Positions 15,984 through 24,837 of a stretch of 32,000 nt of DNA are shown in pieces. Each line of letters opens with the position of its first letter. Position 1 is the stretch's first letter. The position numbers and the translations under genes are program-made. The stretch comes from Caedibacter taeniospiralis. Lineage in GTDB: Bacteria > Pseudomonadota > Gammaproteobacteria > Francisellales > Francisellaceae. The notes beneath the pieces were generated by a model. That model did no database searches, had not been told where the DNA came from, and saw only the letters and a list, made by a program, of their open reading frames with translations. Where the stretch lies: positions 8,841 through 40,840 of the forward strand of contig NZ_PGGB02000004.1 of assembly GCF_002803295.2 (NCBI RefSeq), in the 5' to 3' direction.

Positions 15984-16802
15984 CTACATTAATAACCAAT
16001 AGCGCTTCGCATAATCAAACAATTCATAGCTTTCGGCTAATCCAAGGACTTGTTTTAGGTGCTGTGTATAATTATCCACACTTCGACTAGAAACTTTCAT
16101 CCGCTCTGCCAGTGTATTTTTTTCCGTGATCCCACGACCCAAGAGAGTAAAATACTGCATCTCCTTATCACTTAAGTTAAGGCTTAGCTGAATATTTTTA
16201 TCCTTGGCTGTTTTTAGCCAGTGCGGTGGCAATGTTAGTGAAGTAAGTTGCTCTGAATATAGTGTAAATTCATCAAAATATTTTGTGATTAAAGGGGCAA
16301 TATGAGAAATAAGTTTATTCAACATATGATACAAGTCACTCACGCGTAAATAGAGCGAAAGAATGTTGTGTATGCCCTCAAAGTACAATATAAAACGATG
16401 AATACTATTATCAAGCCAAAAGTAATAAGATATGGCATAACAATCACCATATTTGGAGTGCTCTGGGGTAAAAAGGTCTTGCCAGGCTTTGGCGTGCACC
16501 GCTATTTCAGACAAATGGCAAAAACGTGGTAATAATGCGATTAAATCATAGTTTAAATAAGGATCTTCATAACGGTACCGACTTTTGCCACCATGAAAGC
16601 GATAAGCATAAGGATGATGATGCAAAGGGGCACACCAGGTAAAAGATTCGTTTACCAGCGCGTAATCAAGACCGCAACAGTTAAACGCCCTCAAGATAAC
16701 CTCAAGCTGATCATCTAAATGAAATTGATCAACGTTATGCAGATTATTGCTAATTTCGACACCATTTCCCTGAGTCGTTTTTCTTTTGTCATATGAGGTC
16801 AT
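15984..16802 (-). CDS. LuxR-solo-like regulator (same architecture as the 3182-5769 paralogs)
   Basis: N-terminal CGLDYALVN... (GFdYfaY-like). C-terminal SDKEMQYFTLLGRGITEKNTLAERMKVSSRSVDNYTQHLKQVLGL HTH. Confidence 0.65.
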   Translation of the reverse strand: MTSYDKRKTTQGNGVEISNNLHNVDQFHLDDQLEVILRAFNCCGLDYALVNESFTWCAPLHHHPYAYRFHGGKSRYRYEDPYLNYDLIALLPRFCHLSEIAVHAKAWQDLFTPEHSKYGDCYAISYYFWLDNSIHRFILYFEGIHNILSLYLRVSDLYHMLNKLISHIAPLITKYFDEFTLYSEQLTSLTLPPHWLKTAKDKNIQLSLNLSDKEMQYFTLLGRGITEKNTLAERMKVSSRSVDNYTQHLKQVLGLAESYELFDYAKRYWLLM

Positions 16803-16904
16803 TGAATTGGAAATAGATCAAATTAAGGTGGACGGATATTACTTTACATTCAATAAAAATTCAACCTTAGAGATAGGTTAATCCCTTCCTGGCAAGTAGC
16901 ACTA

Positions 16905-17654
16905 TTAACAACCTTTCGTACTGCTGATCTGCTCTCTTTCCTGCGCCAATTCATGATTGTCGTGAAATATAAACACATCCTGCTGCAAATCTTCGCGTAA
17001 CAATAAATCCGATAACTCACGCATATATTCCCGACAATTTTTATTTAACGTCTCATTGCGGCTCTTACAACACAGATTTAAGCCTATATTTTCTTCCAAC
17101 CAATCACCGTTTAACATCTCGCGCACAATGGCAACCGCATTTTGCAAAGCATATTCCGTTAGCTCAAAGCATAAGACACAAGGACAACTACTATCTAGAG
17201 ATTGGACAAACGAGGTAATCTGCTCATTGGTCATTTGACCGTCTTCTGGTATTTCTACTTTCGACGCATTCTCTGCAACCTCACTGTCCCATTTTTTAAC
17301 CTGCGCATGATTATCTTGCTCTTGCTTTAATTGTGCTTCAAATATTTCCTGTTTAACTTCATATGCCACACTTAATTGGTGATAAAAACTCTCTATTTCC
17401 TCTAGCTTTCGATCCAAGTCTTTTTGAGTTTCTTCATTCAAAACCTCTTTGTAGCGGTGTGCATGCGCAGATGCCTTCAGGTATTGACGCAGTAATAACA
17501 AAAATGCGCCCAGTTTATCCTCTAGAGATTTAAGTTTTCCTTGCTCTTGCTGTAACTGATTTAAAAAATATAGCAGCGGTTTTTTAAACTCAAACTGTTG
17601 CCGTTGCTGCACCAATTGTTGTGACACCTGCTTGATTTCCTGCAATACAACCAT
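16905..17654 (-). CDS. Hypothetical coiled-coil, Gln/Glu-rich protein with a Cys-containing C-terminal half
   Basis: 249-aa ORF with no signal peptide or TM segment. The N-terminal ~130 aa are heptad-like. The C-terminus is Glu-rich (HELAQEREQISSTKGC). Confidence 0.6.
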   Translation of the reverse strand: MVVLQEIKQVSQQLVQQRQQFEFKKPLLYFLNQLQQEQGKLKSLEDKLGAFLLLLRQYLKASAHAHRYKEVLNEETQKDLDRKLEEIESFYHQLSVAYEVKQEIFEAQLKQEQDNHAQVKKWDSEVAENASKVEIPEDGQMTNEQITSFVQSLDSSCPCVLCFELTEYALQNAVAIVREMLNGDWLEENIGLNLCCKSRNETLNKNCREYMRELSDLLLREDLQQDVFIFHDNHELAQEREQISSTKGC

Positions 17655-17687
17655 AAAATCACCTCACCATTTCCTTATATTAATTAA

Positions 17688-18875
17688 TTAGTTTATTTCT
17701 GCCGATATCTCTGTTGGATCAGCTTGAGTTTGAGGTCCCATATAATAATCACAAAATGTGTTAAGCACCTTTTCATCGCGCTTTGTTATATCAAAAATAT
17801 CGCTTAATTTCTTGCGCGCGTCTTCTGAAAACACAAAATTTCCTTGTTCATCTTTTTGCTCAATCATCGGCTTGGCATTGATTAAATAACCTCTTTTAAA
17901 CCAGTCATCTGCCATTTTTTCATATTTGGGATAATCTAAAAACTCATCATCTTTATTGTTGTCTTTCTTTTTATATATTGGCGCCAATTTGTCAAAAGTA
18001 ACCTTAGGCGCTCCCCATTGTGGTCTACTTGGCTTTGTATTTTCTTTTTTCTTGGAGGATGGGCTGGTAGGTTGAGATACAGGTTGATTTTTATTGTCTG
18101 CCTGCTGTGTCTTTTGTGTCACAATACCTAACATTTGCTTTGCAATTTGGTATTTTTCTTCTGGAGTTTTAGCATCCTTTATCGCATCTACAACACTTGC
18201 TTTTAGGTTCGCTTTAGTATTGGCACGTAGTATATCAGCAGTCTCTAACAAGCGTTTTGAAAACTCCACAGCATCACCATCGGATGTAATATCGGTCGTA
18301 CCGTCGTTGTTTTGTGTGAACGTGTACTTCGTTTGACCAGCTGCCAAGGTGTAAATCGTCGTGCTATTTTTGCTATCTTTCTTAAACTTTTTAAGCTCAA
18401 ACGATTCTCTGGTATTATCTGCCGCATTTTCTTTTAAACGTGCATTTAAAACCTCAACAAATGATTTAGCTTCCTTTTCTGTGTTGATATGTTTGAAGTG
18501 AGTTAGCTTGGCAAAGTTATAATTCACATCCTCTTGAAACTCAATTTTATTTTCATCACTTTTCCAGCCATTCCCAAATATCGCTTTAAGTTCAGCTTCC
18601 GTCAACTGCAGCTTGACCAGCGTAAGCGTTTTATTTTCTTCTTTTAATAATTGCTGGCGATTTTTTTTATCTAACCCTGCAATATTAAGTAAATAAGCTT
18701 CCTTGTCCTTAAGATTCTGTTGAATATAGTTTTTGCCATAAAACTCGGTTGCTTTCACTACATGAATATCATACTTGCCCTCTACCCCTTTTACTTCTAC
18801 TGCATATACGATAGCATTAGTTTTATCCATTGGCTTTTGATTTTTCACGGGCTGTACTTTGGAATTGCTTGGCAT
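17688..18875 (-). CDS. Hypothetical Lys-rich hydrophilic protein (395 aa)
   Basis: Long ORF with coding-like composition, no signal peptide or TM segment, and a low-complexity linker QPVSQPTSPSSKKKENTKPSRP. The tail is TQADPTEISAEIN. Confidence 0.6.
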   Translation of the reverse strand: MPSNSKVQPVKNQKPMDKTNAIVYAVEVKGVEGKYDIHVVKATEFYGKNYIQQNLKDKEAYLLNIAGLDKKNRQQLLKEENKTLTLVKLQLTEAELKAIFGNGWKSDENKIEFQEDVNYNFAKLTHFKHINTEKEAKSFVEVLNARLKENAADNTRESFELKKFKKDSKNSTTIYTLAAGQTKYTFTQNNDGTTDITSDGDAVEFSKRLLETADILRANTKANLKASVVDAIKDAKTPEEKYQIAKQMLGIVTQKTQQADNKNQPVSQPTSPSSKKKENTKPSRPQWGAPKVTFDKLAPIYKKKDNNKDDEFLDYPKYEKMADDWFKRGYLINAKPMIEQKDEQGNFVFSEDARKKLSDIFDITKRDEKVLNTFCDYYMGPQTQADPTEISAEIN

Positions 18876-18907
18876 AGATATCCTCTTAAATAGTCTTTAA
18901 CAAATTA

Positions 18908-19204
18908 TTATTTTTTTGGCGTGTTAGTATTATCCTGCGCATCACCTGAATCAGTATTAAACATATTATCAGGATATGTTTTATTGCGGGCTATTTGGGC
19001 TTGGGATATTTGGGCTGGTGTCAGATTGTGCCAATTATTGCCTGACTGAGCGCTAAGACCATCTTGCACGAGACCAGAAGTACTTTTCAATGTCTCTTGT
19101 AATGCAACATAAGCCGCCATATCTGCTATGATATTGACCTGATATCGCTCATTTTCTTTTGCTGTTAACGCTGAAGCGTTTTTCTTTTCTTTATGTTCAC
19201 TCAC
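18908..19204 (-). CDS. Small hydrophilic hypothetical protein (98 aa)
   Basis: ORF 32 nt upstream of the 395-aa gene on the same strand. No recognisable motif. Confidence 0.45.
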   Translation of the reverse strand: MSEHKEKKNASALTAKENERYQVNIIADMAAYVALQETLKSTSGLVQDGLSAQSGNNWHNLTPAQISQAQIARNKTYPDNMFNTDSGDAQDNTNTPKK

Positions 19205-19345
19205 AATTTTCCCCTGGAGCGTTTTGATTTACTACATCACCATTATAAAAGCATTATGCCAAGGAGACTATAGCATTACCCTAGATTCATCAAATTGTTG
19301 AGTTTTTAATTAATCACTACAATTATTGTAACCTGTAGTTAATGA

Positions 19346-20152
19346 TTAAAATGTGCCCTCTAAGATGGTACTGACTGAGTCAGTACCCACAGTCACCCAA
19401 GGGCAGGAGCTCGTGCCATAACCTTTGGATTGGCAAATAAAAACAATCGCAGCTTTGTCTTTGATATAGCGTGCTTCGGTACCCATATTGCAAGACAAAG
19501 AGCCAGCTTTGATCTCCATGCCGCTGTCCAATCTTAAACGGCATAAGTCAGGCGAATTTGCAAAGCCTATGCTTAAATAATTATCATCACCCCACTTACT
19601 GCATGGATTAGTATAATAGCCACCGCCTAAGCGTACTGCATGTTGATCACATGCCGTTATATTAAGACCTCCCAAACCCAATGAAATAAACTTGTAGGGG
19701 AAAAAATTTGTTTTCAATTTGACAACTACCGTTAACCTTTCAGGATCCCCCCTATCATCAATGCTATCTGAGACAGCCAGCAAATTATCATCTGAATTAG
19801 TTGATGAGCTAAATCCATAAACACCTGTGCTGGAATGTCGATCCATATTAAAATAGGCTGATGCTTGATACTTTGAAAACTGACTGCTTTGATAAATTAC
19901 CTGTCCGCTAACACGTGTATCTCCTCCTGGTCCGCTTGCTGCATTTATTCTAATTGCTGGACTTTTTTTGTTTCCTGCAACACTGGCACTAAAGCCACTA
20001 CTGTCAAATGAGCCACGAGACAAGTAGTATGAAACATAGTTTAAATCCCATGGGGTCTGATTATCAATGGTAATATAATAATCTGTTTTTGCAAAAACAA
20101 TTACAGGTGGTACACAGAGTAAAGCACCAATCAATTTATTTATTCTTCTCAT
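19346..20152 (-). CDS. Secreted Ser/Gly-rich, Cys-containing protein of unknown function (268 aa)
   Basis: Signal peptide MRRINKLIGALLCVPPVIVFA|K. Beta-rich composition, with several Cys clustered in the C-terminal 100 aa. Lies 61 nt downstream of dotA. Confidence 0.65.
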   Translation of the reverse strand: MRRINKLIGALLCVPPVIVFAKTDYYITIDNQTPWDLNYVSYYLSRGSFDSSGFSASVAGNKKSPAIRINAASGPGGDTRVSGQVIYQSSQFSKYQASAYFNMDRHSSTGVYGFSSSTNSDDNLLAVSDSIDDRGDPERLTVVVKLKTNFFPYKFISLGLGGLNITACDQHAVRLGGGYYTNPCSKWGDDNYLSIGFANSPDLCRLRLDSGMEIKAGSLSCNMGTEARYIKDKAAIVFICQSKGYGTSSCPWVTVGTDSVSTILEGTF

Positions 20153-20213
20153 TATTCTTACCTTCCTATTTCGTAATTCTTAAAAAATTTAAACCAATTT
20201 GAAGTTTTGCTTT

Positions 20214-23189
20214 TTAATTACTTGGGTTGTTTGGGTTAACAGGGTTATTAAGGTGCGCGCCATTTCCGCCCTTTCCGCCGCCGCCTTTCTGGCTCTTATG
20301 ATATTTGTAATTATCCACAGCACTGGCAACATGTCCAGCGCTAGATCCGAGGTTTTGCACTCCGTGCATTTGCTCTTGGCGACCTTGATTATGTTTCTCC
20401 ACCGTTTGTGTACCCGCTTGTGCCATACCTTGAGCATGTTGCGTGGTTGATGATTTCATCTCCTGCATATCCTGCTCACCAGCACGCTCATTATGCGTGC
20501 CACCAACCCAATGGAGGATTTTATCAGGCAGAATATAAATCAATGAAAAGCATTTATAAAAAGCCAGGCTAATGAAGCTTGCATACATGAACACCAGCAA
20601 AATGTTTAAGGATCCAGTGACATAACTGTCACTGGATGTGCCGTAGACATTGCTGATTTGCGTTGCTACGGCATGGAAGCCTTTTGCCGAAATCGCAATC
20701 ACCAAATAGGTTAAAATAATCCCCGTAATTAAGCCACATATCATAAGCACTGGTCTTAAGACGAGATTTAACATAATTTGAATCGCGGGCTCCGCTTTAC
20801 CATACACCTCATGTCCTTCCGGATACACAAGTCCCAAAGCAACAACAGGAGCCGCGACTAGTGCTTCAATAATGAGTAACAACCAGGCAATTTTCCCCGC
20901 CCAAAATAGAATAAACGGCGTCATCGGAATAACAAGGGCAAATAAAACCGCATTGGTAAACAGGGTTACCAACACAAAAAACACCAGTGGTAACCATATT
21001 AATGACATGGTTAGATTCGTCATTGTGATAAAAGTTGCCAGTTGCGCACCAAAATCGCCAATCGAAGAAATCACACCAGGCAATCCAGGTGTAAAATAAC
21101 TGAGAGCCGCAGCACCTAATGCTGCGCTTTTTGATACTCCTTGAATGGTACTCACCTCTATTACAACATCAGTTAACGCTTTATCTGCTTTTTTGGTAAT
21201 AGCCGTCAAGGTATCCACAACCATTTTAATGAGTGACTGCCCCACTCCCTGGACCTGTCTTAATGCTGAAAACGCATTGGTCATCTCGGCACCAGGACTT
21301 GCTGACTCGCCAATATTATAAATCTGGCTTAAAACTCCACCTGCACTGGCATCAAGACTCATTTTTTGGAAAATACCATCAACAAAGCTCTCGGCAGGAG
21401 AGGCAATATCAGCAACGACTGCGCCTTCATGGAAAAAGCCTACGCTATTTAACTGAAACAGACGAACGAGCGCTAGAAATTGCGTGACATAGCTAAGCTT
21501 TGAGGTTGCTGTTGTTCCTGCTTTACTATTAGTAAGTGCTGTTTGAATCACCAAAAAGTATTTACCAATATCGGATGAAATCGACGAGGGAACAACAGCA
21601 TCGATTAAATCCTTACAGCTAAAACCTTCGATAATATGCTTATCTGGACCAAAAAGAGACTGATATTGCGCTTTACACTTATCATCACCACTGCCATCCT
21701 TATTTGCTTCATAAAAAACATCGACCATCTGCTGCTTAAGCTGACTAAGATCTAACTGAATAAACTTATCTGTTTGATCTTTTTCGGTAAAATCTGCTAA
21801 TGGAACCTCTTTTTTGTGCTGAGGATTTTTCTCATCCTCTGAAGTATCGGGGTAAATGCTGTATTTAAGAGAGTCATTAACCGCATTATCAACCAAACTG
21901 TTAAGGCTGTTACGATTTTCCAGATACTGTAGCGTCACTCCCACTTTAGAAATGCTGATCTGACTTTGCTGGTTGTTATACAGCAGGTCATCAAAGATCG
22001 CAAAAGAAGTGTGAAATGCCTTTAACACATCTTCAAAATTACCATCTAACTTAAAATACTTTTGATCTGCATTCCACCAATCATTTTCAGGCTTCTCTTT
22101 CTCCTCCTCTGTCTTGCTCTTTTCTGGATCAGGGTTTTTGACTGCTTTCTTTAATTCATTTTGAAATCCTCTAGCAATCGCCTGAGACAAGGTCGCAATG
22201 ACGTTTGCATCGCCTGGCAAGTGGCTCGCAATACTCATACTATTGTTATAAATAGCCATAATACTATTGACCATGTCTGGACAAGAACGTGGCTGCGGTC
22301 CTTTATCCGTTTGTTCGACATAGCAGTAAGACCCCAACGCTTGAGATACTTTAGTCTGATCAGGTTCAGCAATAGGTAATCTAAAGACATAATGATTAAT
22401 AATTTTATAAATATCATATTGGACATAGTCATCTTGCTCAATCAGCGACCATTGCCGCATACCCTGTTTAAGGCGCTCAATATTGCCCGTGTTAACCGTG
22501 GCTTTACCCTTATCATCTTTGGCAACATAAATATCGTCTAGCTGCCCTTTATCATCAATTATCTTTCGAATGTTGGTCTCGATTTTCATCGCTGCCTGCA
22601 CTACAGACATCTGATCCAGCTTAGGAGTGTCATAGGCATCATATTTATCATTCCCTGCCGATTGTTGAGCCAGCGTTTTCAGCATATCTGCTGAAAATCC
22701 AGCTAAAAGGTACAAGGCAATATCCGTTTTTACCCCGTCTGCGATATCATAGCTCATCACAGGTGGCACCTTATCTTGATCCAGCATTGCATAGGTACCC
22801 TGCCACACATGATTTGCAAACTGAATACTGACAGATACCATTAAAAAAATCAGATATTGCGCCAGGCAAAAACCTGATTTTAACGGAATAGCAGCAGTTG
22901 AGCCCATAATAACCCGCAAAGGGATCCAGTAGGAACTCCAGTTCTTACCCAAAAAGGTACCATCTTTTGCCGTGTTAATTGTGCCAATCACCAGGATAAA
23001 AGCATAAATGGCAATTACCGCCATCAAAATGCCGCCATTAAAATAATAAATCAGCGACCTAAATGCCGCATCTGCCGTCGATCCAGACAAGGCTGCGGAT
23101 GCTGACGTATTGCTATCGACAGGCGAAAGCGCAAAAAGCTGATTTAAAACCTGCCAGGCACTCCAGTTCTCGGTTATCCCCGTTGCCAT
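20214..23189 (-). CDS. dotA: DotA/TraY-like polytopic T4BSS membrane protein
   Basis: 991 aa. N-terminal TM helices, a ~500-aa hydrophilic (periplasmic) domain, then a C-terminal cluster of TM helices and a Gly/Asn/Pro-rich tail (KGGGGKGGNGAHLNNPVNPNNPSN). TAATG overlap with icmV, matching the icmV/dotA adjacency in Legionella. Confidence 0.85.
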   Translation of the reverse strand: MATGITENWSAWQVLNQLFALSPVDSNTSASAALSGSTADAAFRSLIYYFNGGILMAVIAIYAFILVIGTINTAKDGTFLGKNWSSYWIPLRVIMGSTAAIPLKSGFCLAQYLIFLMVSVSIQFANHVWQGTYAMLDQDKVPPVMSYDIADGVKTDIALYLLAGFSADMLKTLAQQSAGNDKYDAYDTPKLDQMSVVQAAMKIETNIRKIIDDKGQLDDIYVAKDDKGKATVNTGNIERLKQGMRQWSLIEQDDYVQYDIYKIINHYVFRLPIAEPDQTKVSQALGSYCYVEQTDKGPQPRSCPDMVNSIMAIYNNSMSIASHLPGDANVIATLSQAIARGFQNELKKAVKNPDPEKSKTEEEKEKPENDWWNADQKYFKLDGNFEDVLKAFHTSFAIFDDLLYNNQQSQISISKVGVTLQYLENRNSLNSLVDNAVNDSLKYSIYPDTSEDEKNPQHKKEVPLADFTEKDQTDKFIQLDLSQLKQQMVDVFYEANKDGSGDDKCKAQYQSLFGPDKHIIEGFSCKDLIDAVVPSSISSDIGKYFLVIQTALTNSKAGTTATSKLSYVTQFLALVRLFQLNSVGFFHEGAVVADIASPAESFVDGIFQKMSLDASAGGVLSQIYNIGESASPGAEMTNAFSALRQVQGVGQSLIKMVVDTLTAITKKADKALTDVVIEVSTIQGVSKSAALGAAALSYFTPGLPGVISSIGDFGAQLATFITMTNLTMSLIWLPLVFFVLVTLFTNAVLFALVIPMTPFILFWAGKIAWLLLIIEALVAAPVVALGLVYPEGHEVYGKAEPAIQIMLNLVLRPVLMICGLITGIILTYLVIAISAKGFHAVATQISNVYGTSSDSYVTGSLNILLVFMYASFISLAFYKCFSLIYILPDKILHWVGGTHNERAGEQDMQEMKSSTTQHAQGMAQAGTQTVEKHNQGRQEQMHGVQNLGSSAGHVASAVDNYKYHKSQKGGGGKGGNGAHLNNPVNPNNPSN

Positions 23190-23650
23190 TATTTGACTCC
23201 TCTCATTAAATCACTAAACCACTCTTTAAAGGTGCAACCTAATTTCTTCCTTAATAATTGATAGCGCCAAAAATGATATTTAAAGGCATTAGCCAGCAGC
23301 AGCAATAAAACTGATATTCCGACTAATCCAATTAAGATATACCCCTGAGTAAACAAATACAGTGCATAGAAATAATCAACTGCCGCGAGCAACAAACACA
23401 TGCGTAATAAAAATGTAAATTTTTTAATGATATAAAGGCTTTGTGTATGATCAACCCCGATCTCTGCTAAATCTTCATAGGACATTTCACGCTTAGCTTT
23501 TTTTAGCCTAAACAGGTTTTTAAAACTATTGCCAATAAACTGGTGCTGTTTCTGAAATGCGTCCACCAGAAACATTTTTTTGGTGCGACGAAATCTGATT
23601 TTATTTTTCTTGTCTTTTATCTTTTTCATACCAGGCTTCTCAATCTTCAT
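23189..23650 (-). CDS. icmV: IcmV-like small inner-membrane protein
   Basis: 153 aa with two TM helices. C-terminal AFKYHFWRYQLLRKKLGCTFKEWF fits the remembered IcmV motif (YHFW.FQ...RKLGC...EWF). Confidence 0.6.
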   Translation of the reverse strand: MKIEKPGMKKIKDKKNKIRFRRTKKMFLVDAFQKQHQFIGNSFKNLFRLKKAKREMSYEDLAEIGVDHTQSLYIIKKFTFLLRMCLLLAAVDYFYALYLFTQGYILIGLVGISVLLLLLANAFKYHFWRYQLLRKKLGCTFKEWFSDLMRGVK

Positions 23651-23720
23651 TTTTGTGTTTTAAATCTCAGTAATGGCACTAAGTTAAGCGATAACAACAT
23701 CCCAACCACTGCTTGCGTAA

Positions 23721-24359
23721 CTAATTCCCATCATTGAGTTGAATAATCTGTGCAATCCCAAAATACTGACCTTTTGCCAAATCTGTCATCCTGCTATTTT
23801 CTTGAACAGTTAATTTCAAAAGGATATGGTGATTGGCAATCTCTTGCCCCTTAGAAAAAGTCACCAGCATTGGGACTTGTATCTGCCAGCTCCTGACACC
23901 CGCAATATGCCCCACCGCCGTAATGACTGGCACACCGTCTAAAGCAGCCTTTGCCACCATTTTTTGTGCAACAACCTGATCCACCGTACCTTTGAACACT
24001 TCATTAAATGCCTGCCATCCCTGCTCAGTAAACAAATATTTAAGATTTAAAATTTCCTCTTTATAATTCAGAAAATCAAACTTATATAAATCTGCCACAT
24101 TTTGACTCACCCAATTCACCAGCATGGTCTCGCTAACCACCACTTTTTTAGGCAAATTAAGCGCCTTAACGATGCCCTGATCATTCACAGCGAGAAAATA
24201 TAACCGCTCCTCCTTATGGCTATACCATAAACCGACGACCAAAATAACATTTAATACCACGCTAAAAAGCAGGACTTTAATCATTAATCTAAAGTTACTT
24301 TTGTAAAATTCAGCCTTTTCGGTAATCACCTTTAACACATTAGTCTGCATAATCTTCAT
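23721..24359 (-). CDS. dotI: DotI/IcmL/TraM-like (VirB8-like) bitopic inner-membrane protein
   Basis: 212 aa, the same size as L. pneumophila IcmL. A single N-terminal TM (MIKVLLFSVVLNVILVVGLWY) plus a periplasmic domain. Confidence 0.7.
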   Translation of the reverse strand: MKIMQTNVLKVITEKAEFYKSNFRLMIKVLLFSVVLNVILVVGLWYSHKEERLYFLAVNDQGIVKALNLPKKVVVSETMLVNWVSQNVADLYKFDFLNYKEEILNLKYLFTEQGWQAFNEVFKGTVDQVVAQKMVAKAALDGVPVITAVGHIAGVRSWQIQVPMLVTFSKGQEIANHHILLKLTVQENSRMTDLAKGQYFGIAQIIQLNDGN

Positions 24360-24837
24360 CCACCATTTTACTTAGCGTCGCCTCAATGCTTGATAAACGC
24401 GACTCACTACACACTCTTGCTAAAATCAAATTTTTTTCAAATGCCATACAACGTTTATGCAGTGCCACATAACCAGGATCGCTACTTAATTTTTGGTAAA
24501 CCTGTTGAAATAAAGTACTGTTTTTTTTGTTGATATTTTGCATAAAGTACATCATCAGTGCTGTTGGTAATTTATTACACAAACGAATCAGCGCTTCCGT
24601 GTACTCATCTGTGGGAGACTCATGCTGATAAGCATCTACGCAAACCTCGTGAAACTCTGCGTAAAAAATATTTGACAGCTCAATCTGACTTGCCTCCTTT
24701 TCCTTAATGTCATATACCGTCAGCATATCAATGAGCTCACGCTTACCAAATCCATGCCAATAGTTAATAATTTCACTTCTAAAATGATGAAACTCACTGC
24801 CATTAGTCACTGTTGACGCTCCTATAATATTGTTCAA
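24340..24837 (-). CDS. Small acidic hypothetical protein (165 aa) between dotO and dotI
   Basis: ORF overlapping both neighbours. No TM segment, acidic C-terminus (MVDEDYAD). It loosely resembles what I remember of the C-terminal half of IcmW, which is not reliable. Confidence 0.5.
   Translation of the reverse strand: MNNIIGASTVTNGSEFHHFRSEIINYWHGFGKRELIDMLTVYDIKEKEASQIELSNIFYAEFHEVCVDAYQHESPTDEYTEALIRLCNKLPTALMMYFMQNINKKNSTLFQQVYQKLSSDPGYVALHKRCMAFEKNLILARVCSESRLSSIEATLSKMVDEDYAD

Noticed and set aside
20189-20450. 82- and 83-aa ORFs at the dotA 3' end
   Set aside because: They overlap the Gly/Asn/Pro-rich DotA tail in other frames or on the other strand, and nothing independent supports them.
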